From Candidatus Latescibacterota bacterium (lineage in GTDB: Bacteria > Latescibacterota > UBA2968 > GCA-2709665), in assembly GCA_965208835.1 (NCBI GenBank), contig OZ242358.1, positions 3,008,001 to 3,072,000 of the forward strand: 64,000 nucleotides of DNA, given 5' to 3'. The number at the start of each line of letters is the position of its first letter. Position 1 is the first letter of the stretch. Below are positions 41,459 through 50,363 of this stretch, in pieces. The notes below the pieces were generated by a model. The model was not told the origin of the DNA. It ran no database searches and saw only the letters and a program-made list of their open reading frames with translations. The position numbers and the translations under genes are program-made.

Positions 41459-42088
41459 TCAGTCTGGTGACTTGCCTTCAGTTTCCTTCCTTCCGGACTT
41501 CGTAATCTGTCGCCAGACCGCGAGGGCCCGTGTTTCAAGTTCCGTTGTGGACGCCGCGTTTTCGATCACGTAGTCAGCGGCCTCAATCTTGTCGGATTCC
41601 GGCATCTGGCACGCCATCCTGTCCCTGACTTCCGCCTCGGAAAGCCCCTTTCGATCCATCGTGCGACGGATCCGCACCGCCTCAGGCGCCGTTACAACCA
41701 CCAGAACGTCGCACAGCCCACGATGGTCGCCCCACTCGAGGATCAGCGCGGCATCGATCACAACAGGGCGTTCGGGGCGTTGTGCGAGAGCGCTTCCGGC
41801 GCAGCCCTTCAACTGCTCCGCCAGTGGCGGCCATACAATGGCGTTCAGCCGGTCCCTCGCCCCGGTTGATGCGAACGCACGACGCCCCAGTTCCCGGCGG
41901 TTCAGAACTCCGTTTTCATCCAGGATTCCCTCGCCGAATGCCCTGGTCAGCGCCCGCATTACTGCCGGGTCCTCCACCGCCTGCCGCCCCACCTCGTCCG
42001 CCTCGATCACGTACGCGCCTTCCCGGGCGAAGACTTCGCAAACGCGGCTCTTGCCGGCGCCGATGCCCCCTGTCACGCCCACGATCAC
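41459..42088 (-). CDS. coaE: Dephospho-CoA kinase
   Basis: VGVTGGIGAGKS, LNRRELG, IDAALILE. Confidence 0.95.
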   Translation of the reverse strand: MIVGVTGGIGAGKSRVCEVFAREGAYVIEADEVGRQAVEDPAVMRALTRAFGEGILDENGVLNRRELGRRAFASTGARDRLNAIVWPPLAEQLKGCAGSALAQRPERPVVIDAALILEWGDHRGLCDVLVVVTAPEAVRIRRTMDRKGLSEAEVRDRMACQMPESDKIEAADYVIENAASTTELETRALAVWRQITKSGRKETEGKSPD

Positions 42089-43026
42089 GACCGGTCTCCG
42101 GAGCGGCGCACACGGAGGCGGAGTCGCAGCGGCAAGGCGTCTTCAGGAGATTCCTCATCCCATTGTTCGATGATCCGGCGGTTACGAACCCGGACCGCGA
42201 CAAAAACGCCGAGCAGCAGCAGCGTCATATAGAACCACAATGCCCCAGCCGATGTCAGCAGGGCCGTTACGCTGAACCGGCCTTCGGCGTATTCGGTCCA
42301 CTCGCGTTCGAATCTGTCGGGCGTCAGCCCGGTGATCCGATACAGCGCGACGTCGAACGAGACCCCGGTACCGAGCGACTGGACGATCTGCGCGACGGTG
42401 CCGGGACCGCCCAGATGGATCAGGTACAGGACGGCCAGCAGGCTCTCGGTATATGCGAGGCGCGCCTTTGAAGACGAAAAACCGAGGACCCCCTCGATCT
42501 CATCCAGCGGAACCAGCCCGCCGGAGAAAATCGCGTACGAGACCTCGGTACTTTCGCGGAGCCGCCATTCCTGCGCGGCCCACATGGCCACGCCTTCGTC
42601 GAACCAGCGCGGCACACGCGACCGCGCCAGATGGTGAAGCAGAATATGGGAGATTTCGTGCCGTGCGGTTTTCAGGACCTGTCCGCGCTGCCCCGGCAAC
42701 AGGCGCAACACGGCGATCCGTTCGGCGGGGAAGGCGCAACCCGCGCCCCAGTGGGGGATGAGCCCGCGGGTAACGGTCTGAAACAGCGCCTGTGAACCGG
42801 CTACATAGACGATAATCGGGACTTCGTTCCCGCCGCCCAGTTTCCGGGCGACTTCCGATCTGCTGGAGATCAGTTCATCCAGCAGTACCCGCGCCGGCTC
42901 TCGATCGATATCCTGATACCGAAGCGTCAGTCCTTCCCGTTCGAGTCGCTCCCAGCCTCCGGCCGCAACCGGACGGCAGAGCAGGCAGACCACCCAGATC
43001 AACGGGCAGAACCGCCGGGCGTTCAT
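42085..43026 (-). CDS. Peptidase MA-like (zincin) exported/membrane protein
   Basis: HEISH...PRWFDEGVA; signal peptide and C-terminal TM helix. Confidence 0.8.
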   Translation of the reverse strand: MNARRFCPLIWVVCLLCRPVAAGGWERLEREGLTLRYQDIDREPARVLLDELISSRSEVARKLGGGNEVPIIVYVAGSQALFQTVTRGLIPHWGAGCAFPAERIAVLRLLPGQRGQVLKTARHEISHILLHHLARSRVPRWFDEGVAMWAAQEWRLRESTEVSYAIFSGGLVPLDEIEGVLGFSSSKARLAYTESLLAVLYLIHLGGPGTVAQIVQSLGTGVSFDVALYRITGLTPDRFEREWTEYAEGRFSVTALLTSAGALWFYMTLLLLGVFVAVRVRNRRIIEQWDEESPEDALPLRLRLRVRRSGDRS

Positions 43027-43883
43027 CGCCGTTTCCTGTTACCCAAATATTTGAAGAAGTCCGTACGCAGGGGCAGCACGACCGTGGTCCCTTCGCCGAG
43101 CGTTTTTTCATAGGCTTCGAGGGTGCGCTGGAACTCGTAGAACCGCGGGTCTCTCTGGAATGCGCTCGCATAGATCGCCAACGCCTCGGCATCCCCCTGT
43201 CCGCGGATCAGCTGGGACTTCTGAAACGCATCGGACTTGATCCGCGTGACCTCCAGGTCGGTCTCCGCGCGGATCTTGAGGGCGGCTTCTTCGCCCTCGG
43301 CGCGATACTCCTTGGCCTGCCGGGCGCGCTCGGCCCTCATCCGGTCGAACACGTTCTTCTTGTTCTCCTCGGGCAGATCGGCGCGTTTGACGCGCACGTC
43401 CACCACCTCCACGCCCAGTTCCGCAGCGTCCTGTCGCGACCGCGTCGTAACCTTGTCCATAATCTCCCGCCGGTTTCCGGAGACGATCTCGTCCAGCGTC
43501 CGCCGGCCCAACTCCTCGCGCACCGCCGCGTAAATGATATCGTCCAGCCGGGACTGGGCGCCGCGAACCGTTTGCACGGACTTGAGGAATTTCAGCGGGT
43601 CGACAATGCGCCATCTGGCGAAATTGTCGACGGTCAGGTTTTTCTTGTCCAGCGTATAAATGGGCGCCGGGTCCGCGTCGCTGTAGAGCAGACGATCGTC
43701 GAAGGAGTGAAGCCGCTCCACAAACGGCACTTTCCAGTGCAGGCCGGGGCTCTGGATGGTGCGCCTGGGTTCTCCCAGCCTGGTCACCACCACCTGTTCA
43801 CGCTCGTCCACCGTGAACAGGACCGATTCGATGAGGAGACCCGCCAGCACGACCGCCACGATTGCCTTGATTAACAATTTCAT
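43023..43883 (-). CDS. hflC: Protease modulator HflC
   Basis: PGLHWKVPF, DKKNLTVDNFARWRI, RMRAERARQA. Confidence 0.93.
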   Translation of the reverse strand: MKLLIKAIVAVVLAGLLIESVLFTVDEREQVVVTRLGEPRRTIQSPGLHWKVPFVERLHSFDDRLLYSDADPAPIYTLDKKNLTVDNFARWRIVDPLKFLKSVQTVRGAQSRLDDIIYAAVREELGRRTLDEIVSGNRREIMDKVTTRSRQDAAELGVEVVDVRVKRADLPEENKKNVFDRMRAERARQAKEYRAEGEEAALKIRAETDLEVTRIKSDAFQKSQLIRGQGDAEALAIYASAFQRDPRFYEFQRTLEAYEKTLGEGTTVVLPLRTDFFKYLGNRKRR

Positions 43884-43885
43884 CC

Positions 43886-44887
43886 TCAGTTCCCCCCTGC
43901 AGTCTCGGGTTGAGTGCTTTTCGCGGCCCTGGGCTGCAACTGCAGCATGTTCAGAAAACCGCTCCCCTTGCCGTCGGACTCCACCACGTATTTCTGAATA
44001 CCCGGCAGGATCTTCTCCATGGTTTCCAGATAAAGCCGGACCTCGGTTACGTCTTTGGCCTTCCTGTACTCGGTCAACACCTCGAGGAACCGCTCCGCGT
44101 CACCCTGGGACCGTTTGACGCGTTCCACTGTATACGCCTCCGCCTCCCGTACCATCTTCTCCGCTTCGCCACGTGCCCTGGGAATCACTTCGTTCCGATA
44201 GGCTTCAGCTTCGTTGCGAAGCCGCTCCCGGTCTTCCCGGGCGCTGGCGACGTCCTTGAACGCGTGGTCCACCTCGCGCGGCACCGAGACCGTCTGCAGC
44301 TTCACGTTCTCAACGTGCAAACCGATATCGTAGAGATTGAATACCTCTTTGACCTGTTCCTCGATCTCTCCCTGGATCTTGAATTTCCCTTCTGTGAGCG
44401 CTTCATCGATCGGCGATCGGCCCAGTACCTGGCGCAGCGCCGCTTCCACCACGCTCCGGACGGCGTGTACCTGGTCGGCGGCATTGAAAAGATAGGCTTC
44501 AATGTCGCTGATCCGGTACTGAACGATCAGTTCCACGTTCACAATATTCTCGTCGCCGGTGAGCATGGACGCCTCCCGTGCAACGGGCTGATAGCGCGGC
44601 ACCGGCTCAATGGCGACGGTCCGAAACCCGATCTCCACCCGCTTAACCTCGCTGACCTGTTCGATTTCCACCGACTCGATCGGCCACGGGATATGGTAGT
44701 GGATGCCGGGCTCCTCCACACCCATGGACTTGCCGAACCGCAAGACCACCGCCTGCTCGGCCGGCTGCACGATATAGATCCCGCTGAGCAGCCATAACAG
44801 GACCAGAACGCCCAGACCGTAGTAGACAAGCCGCGGGCTCAGGGACAGGTCGAAGCTCGGCCGACCTGGAAAATCGTATTGTTGCAT
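43886..44887 (-). CDS. hflK: Protease modulator HflK
   Basis: VVLRFGK, MLTGDENIV, AFKDV, RLYLETME. Confidence 0.93.
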   Translation of the reverse strand: MQQYDFPGRPSFDLSLSPRLVYYGLGVLVLLWLLSGIYIVQPAEQAVVLRFGKSMGVEEPGIHYHIPWPIESVEIEQVSEVKRVEIGFRTVAIEPVPRYQPVAREASMLTGDENIVNVELIVQYRISDIEAYLFNAADQVHAVRSVVEAALRQVLGRSPIDEALTEGKFKIQGEIEEQVKEVFNLYDIGLHVENVKLQTVSVPREVDHAFKDVASAREDRERLRNEAEAYRNEVIPRARGEAEKMVREAEAYTVERVKRSQGDAERFLEVLTEYRKAKDVTEVRLYLETMEKILPGIQKYVVESDGKGSGFLNMLQLQPRAAKSTQPETAGGN

Positions 44888-44959
44888 AGGACAAACCCCT
44901 TGATGAAATGGCCGGCATCACGATACCGCCGGAACGTGAAAGCACGGCGGGCGAACCTG

Positions 44960-45886
44960 CTATTGCTCCAGATAATCGCCGATCCGGGCCATCTGTTCGA
45001 TGCCCCGCAGGCTGCATGTGATTCCCGCGACCCGGTTGGCAAACCGGCTGGCCTCGTCTATACTGCCGGTCTCGAGGTACGACCACGCAAAGCCCATCAG
45101 GAACGCGTCGCCGCATCCGGTCTCATCCACGGGAACATCCGCGGCCCTCGCCGGATAACGTTGAACTTCAATGCCTCCCCGAGGATTTCTGGCAACCGCA
45201 TCGGCGCCGTGTTCGCCGCGGGTAATCAACAGCGCGTCCGGACCCAGGGCCAGAACTTTCTCGCCGAATCTGGCAGTGGCCGCCGCGCCGTGCAGAGACG
45301 CGCCGGCAAGGAGACCGGCTTCGCGTTCGTTCATCTGCACTATATCGACGCAACCCAACCACGCCTCCCAGCAGGGCGGAAGGCGAAAAAACCTGCGGCG
45401 CCTCCTGTCGATTCCCAGCGTGAGGCTATGCACGTCCATCAGCACGAGACCACGGGCAGCGCGCCGGAATGACGACAATGTCTGCAGGTCAAGCTCCATT
45501 CCCGTGATGAAATTGAAGCAGACCGCGTCGCAGTCCAGAAACGGCCGAAGCCGCTCGATCGCCAGCGCGGGCACGCCACCCAGAAGCGTCTCCTGCTTCC
45601 GATTGCTGGAATCGTAGGTTAAGTAACAGTGGGGATTCCGTTCGGGCACGTACCGGACGCCGTCCAGGTTCACGGATCCCCACGAACCCAGAAGACGCCG
45701 AACCGCGTCTTCGACGTCTTTCCCCACGTTGCATACGGGAAAAATCGTGGCGGACCCGATCTGGGCCAGTGCCGCGATACTGTACAGGATGCCGCCATAG
45801 CTTTCTGTGCGGGTCCCGTCTGACGTACAAATCGTATCCCGGTTGATTGAACCGACCACCGCGATACGACGGGCGTTTCCGGACAT
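44960..45886 (-). CDS. PfkB family carbohydrate kinase
   Basis: VVGSINRD, QMNEREA, ITRGEHGA, DETGCGDAF. Confidence 0.88.
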   Translation of the reverse strand: MSGNARRIAVVGSINRDTICTSDGTRTESYGGILYSIAALAQIGSATIFPVCNVGKDVEDAVRRLLGSWGSVNLDGVRYVPERNPHCYLTYDSSNRKQETLLGGVPALAIERLRPFLDCDAVCFNFITGMELDLQTLSSFRRAARGLVLMDVHSLTLGIDRRRRRFFRLPPCWEAWLGCVDIVQMNEREAGLLAGASLHGAAATARFGEKVLALGPDALLITRGEHGADAVARNPRGGIEVQRYPARAADVPVDETGCGDAFLMGFAWSYLETGSIDEASRFANRVAGITCSLRGIEQMARIGDYLEQ

Positions 45887-45996
45887 AGCCCACCTCACCG
45901 GGAACAGTCTTTGAATGTACCACAAAACCCCGGAGGTGTCAACCCCAATCCCCCTCAACTGAACCGCCCGGCGCCATCACAAAATCGATATTCGCG

Positions 45997-48078
45997 TCAC
46001 CCCGCGCGGGCGGTCTGCGCCTCCAGGTTCACGGATTCGACGCGTCGGCGCAACACGTCGTGGCGCTCGAGATTCGGGTCCCGATCCAGGAGTCCAGCTG
46101 CTTCCTCACGGGCCGACCGGACCAGGTCAACGTCGCGCGTAAGATCGGCGAATCGAAATTCGGGATACCCCGCCTGCCGGGTGCCGAAGATCTGTCCGGG
46201 CCCGCGGATCTTCAGGTCCATCTCCGCGACTTCGAACCCGTCGCCGGTGGCGGCCATGGCATTCAGCCTTGCGCGCGCGTCCGGCGACAGGTCACCCTCA
46301 GGGTCGGCGATCAATATACAATACGAACCGGCGCTGCCGCGGCCCACCCGGCCCCTGAGCTGATGAAGTTGCGCCAGGCCGAACCGCTCCGCGTGTTCCA
46401 CCATCATCACCGTCGCGCCGGGCACGTCCACGCCCACTTCGATTACCGTGGTGGAGACCAGAACATCCAGTGATCCCTCTCGAAACGCGGCCATCACCGC
46501 TTCCTTCTCCGCGGGAGGGAGGCGGCCGTGTAACAACCCCAGCCTCAGACCCGACAGCGCGCCGTCACGCAATTCCTCGAATGCCGTGGCGGCGGCCCTG
46601 ACATCCCTCGCCCCGGAGTCTTCGATTACCGGAAAGACGACATAGGCCTGCCCGCCCGCCGAAACCTGTTCATGCAGAAAGCGATAGGCTTTTTCCCGGT
46701 CCGCCGCGGCCCTCCACCCGGTCTTCACGGGTTGACGTCCGGGCGGCAGTTCGTCCAGCACCGTAACCTCCAGGTCTCCATAAAGCGTCAGGGCCAGTGA
46801 CCGTGGAATGGGCGTGGCCGTCATCACGAGCAGGTGGGCGCCGCCTTCCTTATCCAGAAGTGCGGCACGCTGCAAGACGCCGAATCGATGCTGCTCGTCC
46901 ACGACCGCGAGACCGAGCCTGTCGAAAACTACGCCCTCCCGCAGCAGCGCGTGTGTACCTACCACCAGGTGGACGCGACCCCAGGCCAGCCCTTGAAGGA
47001 TCTCGCGTCGCTCACGCTGAGGCTGCCGACCCGTCAGGCGCGCTACGGCCAGCCCCAGCGGCGCTGCAAGGGCATGGATGGTCTCGGCGTGCTGCTCCGC
47101 CAGAATCTCGGTCGGTGCCATCAGCGCCGCCTGCGCGCCGCCGTCCACCGCCGATAGCATGGCCGCCGTTGCCACCAACGTCTTGCCCGACCCCACGTCT
47201 CCCTGCAGCAGGCGGCGCATCGGCCGGGCGCGCATCAGGTCGTCGCCGATCTCGGCCATCGCGCGGCGTTGGGTCGTCGTGGGTTCGAAGGGCAACGTCT
47301 CCAGCATTTTTGATACAAGAGGGCCCGCTGCGGGCAATACGGATCCCGGTTTCTCGTCCCGGTCCGCCTGCAAAGACCGCAGCCGCAGCTGGAAGTAGAG
47401 CAATTCATCCAGTGCGAGCCTGCGCCTGGCCGCCTCAACGTCAGTTGCTTCGTCCGGAAAGTGAAGCTTTCTCACGGCTTCGGCCAGCGGGAGCGCCCCG
47501 AATCGGTTCCTCATCGGGTCCGGCAACGGGTCCGGCAGTTGCACATCTTCCAGCGCATGGTAGATGATGCGACGCAACGCGCGGCTGGTGAGCCGTTCCG
47601 CCTTCATCCCTGCCGTTGTCGAATACACGGGGATCACGCGTCCCGTATGGACTCGCGCGCCCTCTTCGCCATCCGATATCACCTCCACGTCGGGATGGAC
47701 CATCTGCCGTTTGCTCCCAAACCTGGTCAACTTGCCACCGACGGCCAGCAGGTCGCCGGACGAGAACGCCCGCCGGAGATATCGATGCCCCGAAAACCAG
47801 ACGCATTCCAGAGTGCCCGACTCGTCTTCCAGTACGAGAACATACCGGGGCCGCCTGCCCGGAACCACGTTCCCGGTGCGGACCGAGGCGATCGCAGTGA
47901 CCTCCGTGCCTGCCGGAAGCGCGGCGATGGGCGACTGGCGCGTACGATCCACGTACCGGTACGGCAGAAACAGAATGAGATCCGCAACGGTGGAAATGCC
48001 GACCTCACACAAGAGATCCTCCCGTTTCGCGCCGACGCCGCGCACCTTGCTCACTGGCACATCGAGTTCGGGAAACAT
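45997..48078 (-). CDS. recG: ATP-dependent DNA helicase RecG
   Basis: QGDVGSGKT, DEQHRFGV, TATPIPR, QLHQLRGRVGRG. Confidence 0.97.
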   Translation of the reverse strand: MFPELDVPVSKVRGVGAKREDLLCEVGISTVADLILFLPYRYVDRTRQSPIAALPAGTEVTAIASVRTGNVVPGRRPRYVLVLEDESGTLECVWFSGHRYLRRAFSSGDLLAVGGKLTRFGSKRQMVHPDVEVISDGEEGARVHTGRVIPVYSTTAGMKAERLTSRALRRIIYHALEDVQLPDPLPDPMRNRFGALPLAEAVRKLHFPDEATDVEAARRRLALDELLYFQLRLRSLQADRDEKPGSVLPAAGPLVSKMLETLPFEPTTTQRRAMAEIGDDLMRARPMRRLLQGDVGSGKTLVATAAMLSAVDGGAQAALMAPTEILAEQHAETIHALAAPLGLAVARLTGRQPQRERREILQGLAWGRVHLVVGTHALLREGVVFDRLGLAVVDEQHRFGVLQRAALLDKEGGAHLLVMTATPIPRSLALTLYGDLEVTVLDELPPGRQPVKTGWRAAADREKAYRFLHEQVSAGGQAYVVFPVIEDSGARDVRAAATAFEELRDGALSGLRLGLLHGRLPPAEKEAVMAAFREGSLDVLVSTTVIEVGVDVPGATVMMVEHAERFGLAQLHQLRGRVGRGSAGSYCILIADPEGDLSPDARARLNAMAATGDGFEVAEMDLKIRGPGQIFGTRQAGYPEFRFADLTRDVDLVRSAREEAAGLLDRDPNLERHDVLRRRVESVNLEAQTARAG

Positions 48079-48349
48079 CGACCAACCTTTCCATATTAGA
48101 GAGATAGTCGGGCGAACGGATATATCGTCGCGCAGGATACACAGGATACAACAGATCGTGCGAATATAGACATTCCCCGAAAACGGGTCAAGAACCAGCC
48201 TCCGGCTCAGACGGATGGAGCACGCACAAGGCGCATTTTCCTTGTTCCACGCCGATCCGCGCCCTATCTTGCATCATATTCGACAACGCATTGCCCTGAC
48301 TCGCGGATGACCGCTGCGGATTCGCCTCAAGCGTGCATGGAGGAAAACG

Positions 48350-49036
48350 ATGGAGCCCGGTTCCATTCATGAAGCCGCAAGTACCGGCGACCTCGACACA
48401 CTGAAGAAAATCGTCGAGGAACGCCCGGGGACGATCGATCAGGACGACAAATACGGATGGCGCCCCATCTTCCACGCCGGCCTGCGCCGCCGCCTCGACG
48501 TTGTTCAGTACCTGGTCGACCGCGGCGCCGATCTGGCGGCTCACGACGGTTACGCGATCCACTACGCCGCCGAGGTGCCCGATAACAAGGACGTCGTGTC
48601 GCTGCTGATCGCTTACGGCGGACTCGACGCGCATACGAAACCGTCAAATGAGGCCGCGCGGCAGTTTATCTGCGCGGTTTTTCTGGCCAACGTCCACCGG
48701 GTCGAGACCATGCTTCGCGCCAATTCGCGATTGGTACATGAACGGTACGCACGCGGCGACACGGCTCTTCATCACGCTTCCCGGAACGGCGACCTGGACA
48801 TCGTCAGGCAACTGGTCGTCCATGAAGCGGACGTCAACGCCACCGCGGATAACGGTCACTTTCCCCTGTACTGCGCCGCCGGACACGGACACGCGGAGAC
48901 GACGCGATACCTCCTGGAGAGCGGAGCAAAGCGGGATACCACAATGCCGGACGGCAAGACGGTCGCGGACTGGCTGAAACAATTCGCTGATCACGACCTG
49001 CGAATGAAGGCCTGTCTGGAAGTTCTGGAGCGGTAA
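48350..49036 (+). CDS. Ankyrin repeat protein
   Basis: GWRPIFHA, GDTALHHASRNG, GHFPLYCAAGHG repeats. Confidence 0.9.
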   Translation: MEPGSIHEAASTGDLDTLKKIVEERPGTIDQDDKYGWRPIFHAGLRRRLDVVQYLVDRGADLAAHDGYAIHYAAEVPDNKDVVSLLIAYGGLDAHTKPSNEAARQFICAVFLANVHRVETMLRANSRLVHERYARGDTALHHASRNGDLDIVRQLVVHEADVNATADNGHFPLYCAAGHGHAETTRYLLESGAKRDTTMPDGKTVADWLKQFADHDLRMKACLEVLER

Positions 49037-49313
49037 GACTCCGGGCTGACTGCATACCGAGAGATTCCCGGCATTTGATCCGCCCGGCAGAGCCCGGAAC
49101 GGGCGCGGTGACGGTGCGTAATGGCGATACGAATTGTTCCTTGGAGAATCGGTAATATTAAGCTTGATTAATGCCTAATAAATTCACTTGACAAGGCTTG
49201 CGCCAATGCTTTTATTAAGGAAACGTGTAAATCCATTTGCACCGTACGTTCCAACGCACCCCCCACATATGGTATAAATGTTATTGCAGAAACACTATCC
49301 TTTGTAGTACAAC

Positions 49314-49647
49314 GGCCTGCACTTCAGTGCAATTCGAGCAAGGCAGGCCAACCTGCCGATCGCCAGGCCTTTCCACGCGGATGGGTCGAATGTAACAGTC
49401 CCGTCCGCGATCACGCAACCCGCGAATCGGGCGTCCATGCGTTACTGTCAAGCGCGATGCGGTTTGCGAATCATCTTACGGAAGCATCCCACTCGTTTCG
49501 GATTGACCGGCTCCACCGGTTCACAAAAGCAAGCACGCTGAAATCTGAAGGTGGTTTCTGCAGGATGTTCGTGACGGGGAGGCATACCCGACGCCCACGC
49601 TTCTCCGTCGGTAACCGTTGCGGCCGAAATCGTCCACGAGCCGCGGC
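49314..49647 (+). ncRNA. Candidate structured leader RNA
   Basis: Series of GC-rich stems between an AT-rich promoter region (TTGACA at 49188) and the AGGGAGGT RBS; no known family recognised. Confidence 0.35.
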
Positions 49648-49674
49648 AAGTAACTAATTTTTAGGGAGGTAGAC

Positions 49675-50004
49675 ATGGCAGGTAGAGTTATCGTAGGTCT
49701 CATCGCCCTCGGCGCCATCATTGGGGGCCTGGCTGGCGACGCTTTCCTTGGTGAGGGCATTCTTGCGCTCGTGCTGGTCATCCTGGGTCTCGCCTATGCG
49801 GGCGTTGCGATCGACGCTGAGGACGCCACAGGCTACCTCGTGCTCGCAATCGCCGTCGGCGGCGCGGGAATGGCCAACGTGCTGGGCAACATTCCGGGAA
49901 TCGGCGAGCAACTGGATGCGATCGTCGATCTGGCCAGTGTCTCACTGTTTGCCGGTGTGGTCACCGTGCTCGTGCAGAGGACGCTGAATCGTCTCAAAGG
50001 ATAA
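49675..50004 (+). CDS. Small hydrophobic membrane protein of unknown function
   Basis: Strong RBS; 109 aa, 3-4 predicted TM segments. Confidence 0.8.
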   Translation: MAGRVIVGLIALGAIIGGLAGDAFLGEGILALVLVILGLAYAGVAIDAEDATGYLVLAIAVGGAGMANVLGNIPGIGEQLDAIVDLASVSLFAGVVTVLVQRTLNRLKG

Positions 50005-50185
50005 GCACCGCCGCAGATGAGCAGCCTATAACGGCAGACACGACTCTCGGGATAGAAAAGCGATCGAAAGGGAATCCTCGTCACAGCGCGTCCGCCCTGT
50101 CGACGGCGGACGGAATTTGACGATCCCGCAAAGCCAATACAGAAAGGTCTCAGTCTGCCAGAAAGCCGAATTTAGCGAGTTTCAG

Positions 50186-50228
50186 AACAGGCCGCCGGAT
50201 TTCCCGACCCGATTTCCGGCGGCCTGTT
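50186..50228. terminator. Stem-loop
   Basis: AACAGGCCGCCGGA...TCCGGCGGCCTGTT. Confidence 0.5.
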
Positions 50229-50363
50229 CGTGTACGCGAGACCCCTGGGGCAATGCCCGGGGGTCTTCACCTGTACAGCTGGTCCGCGCCGGCGTCTCTC
50301 CTGTCCGCGAACAAGCCGCACCTATTATCTGGAGGCGGCCCGGCACACACGGAGATTTGTGCG

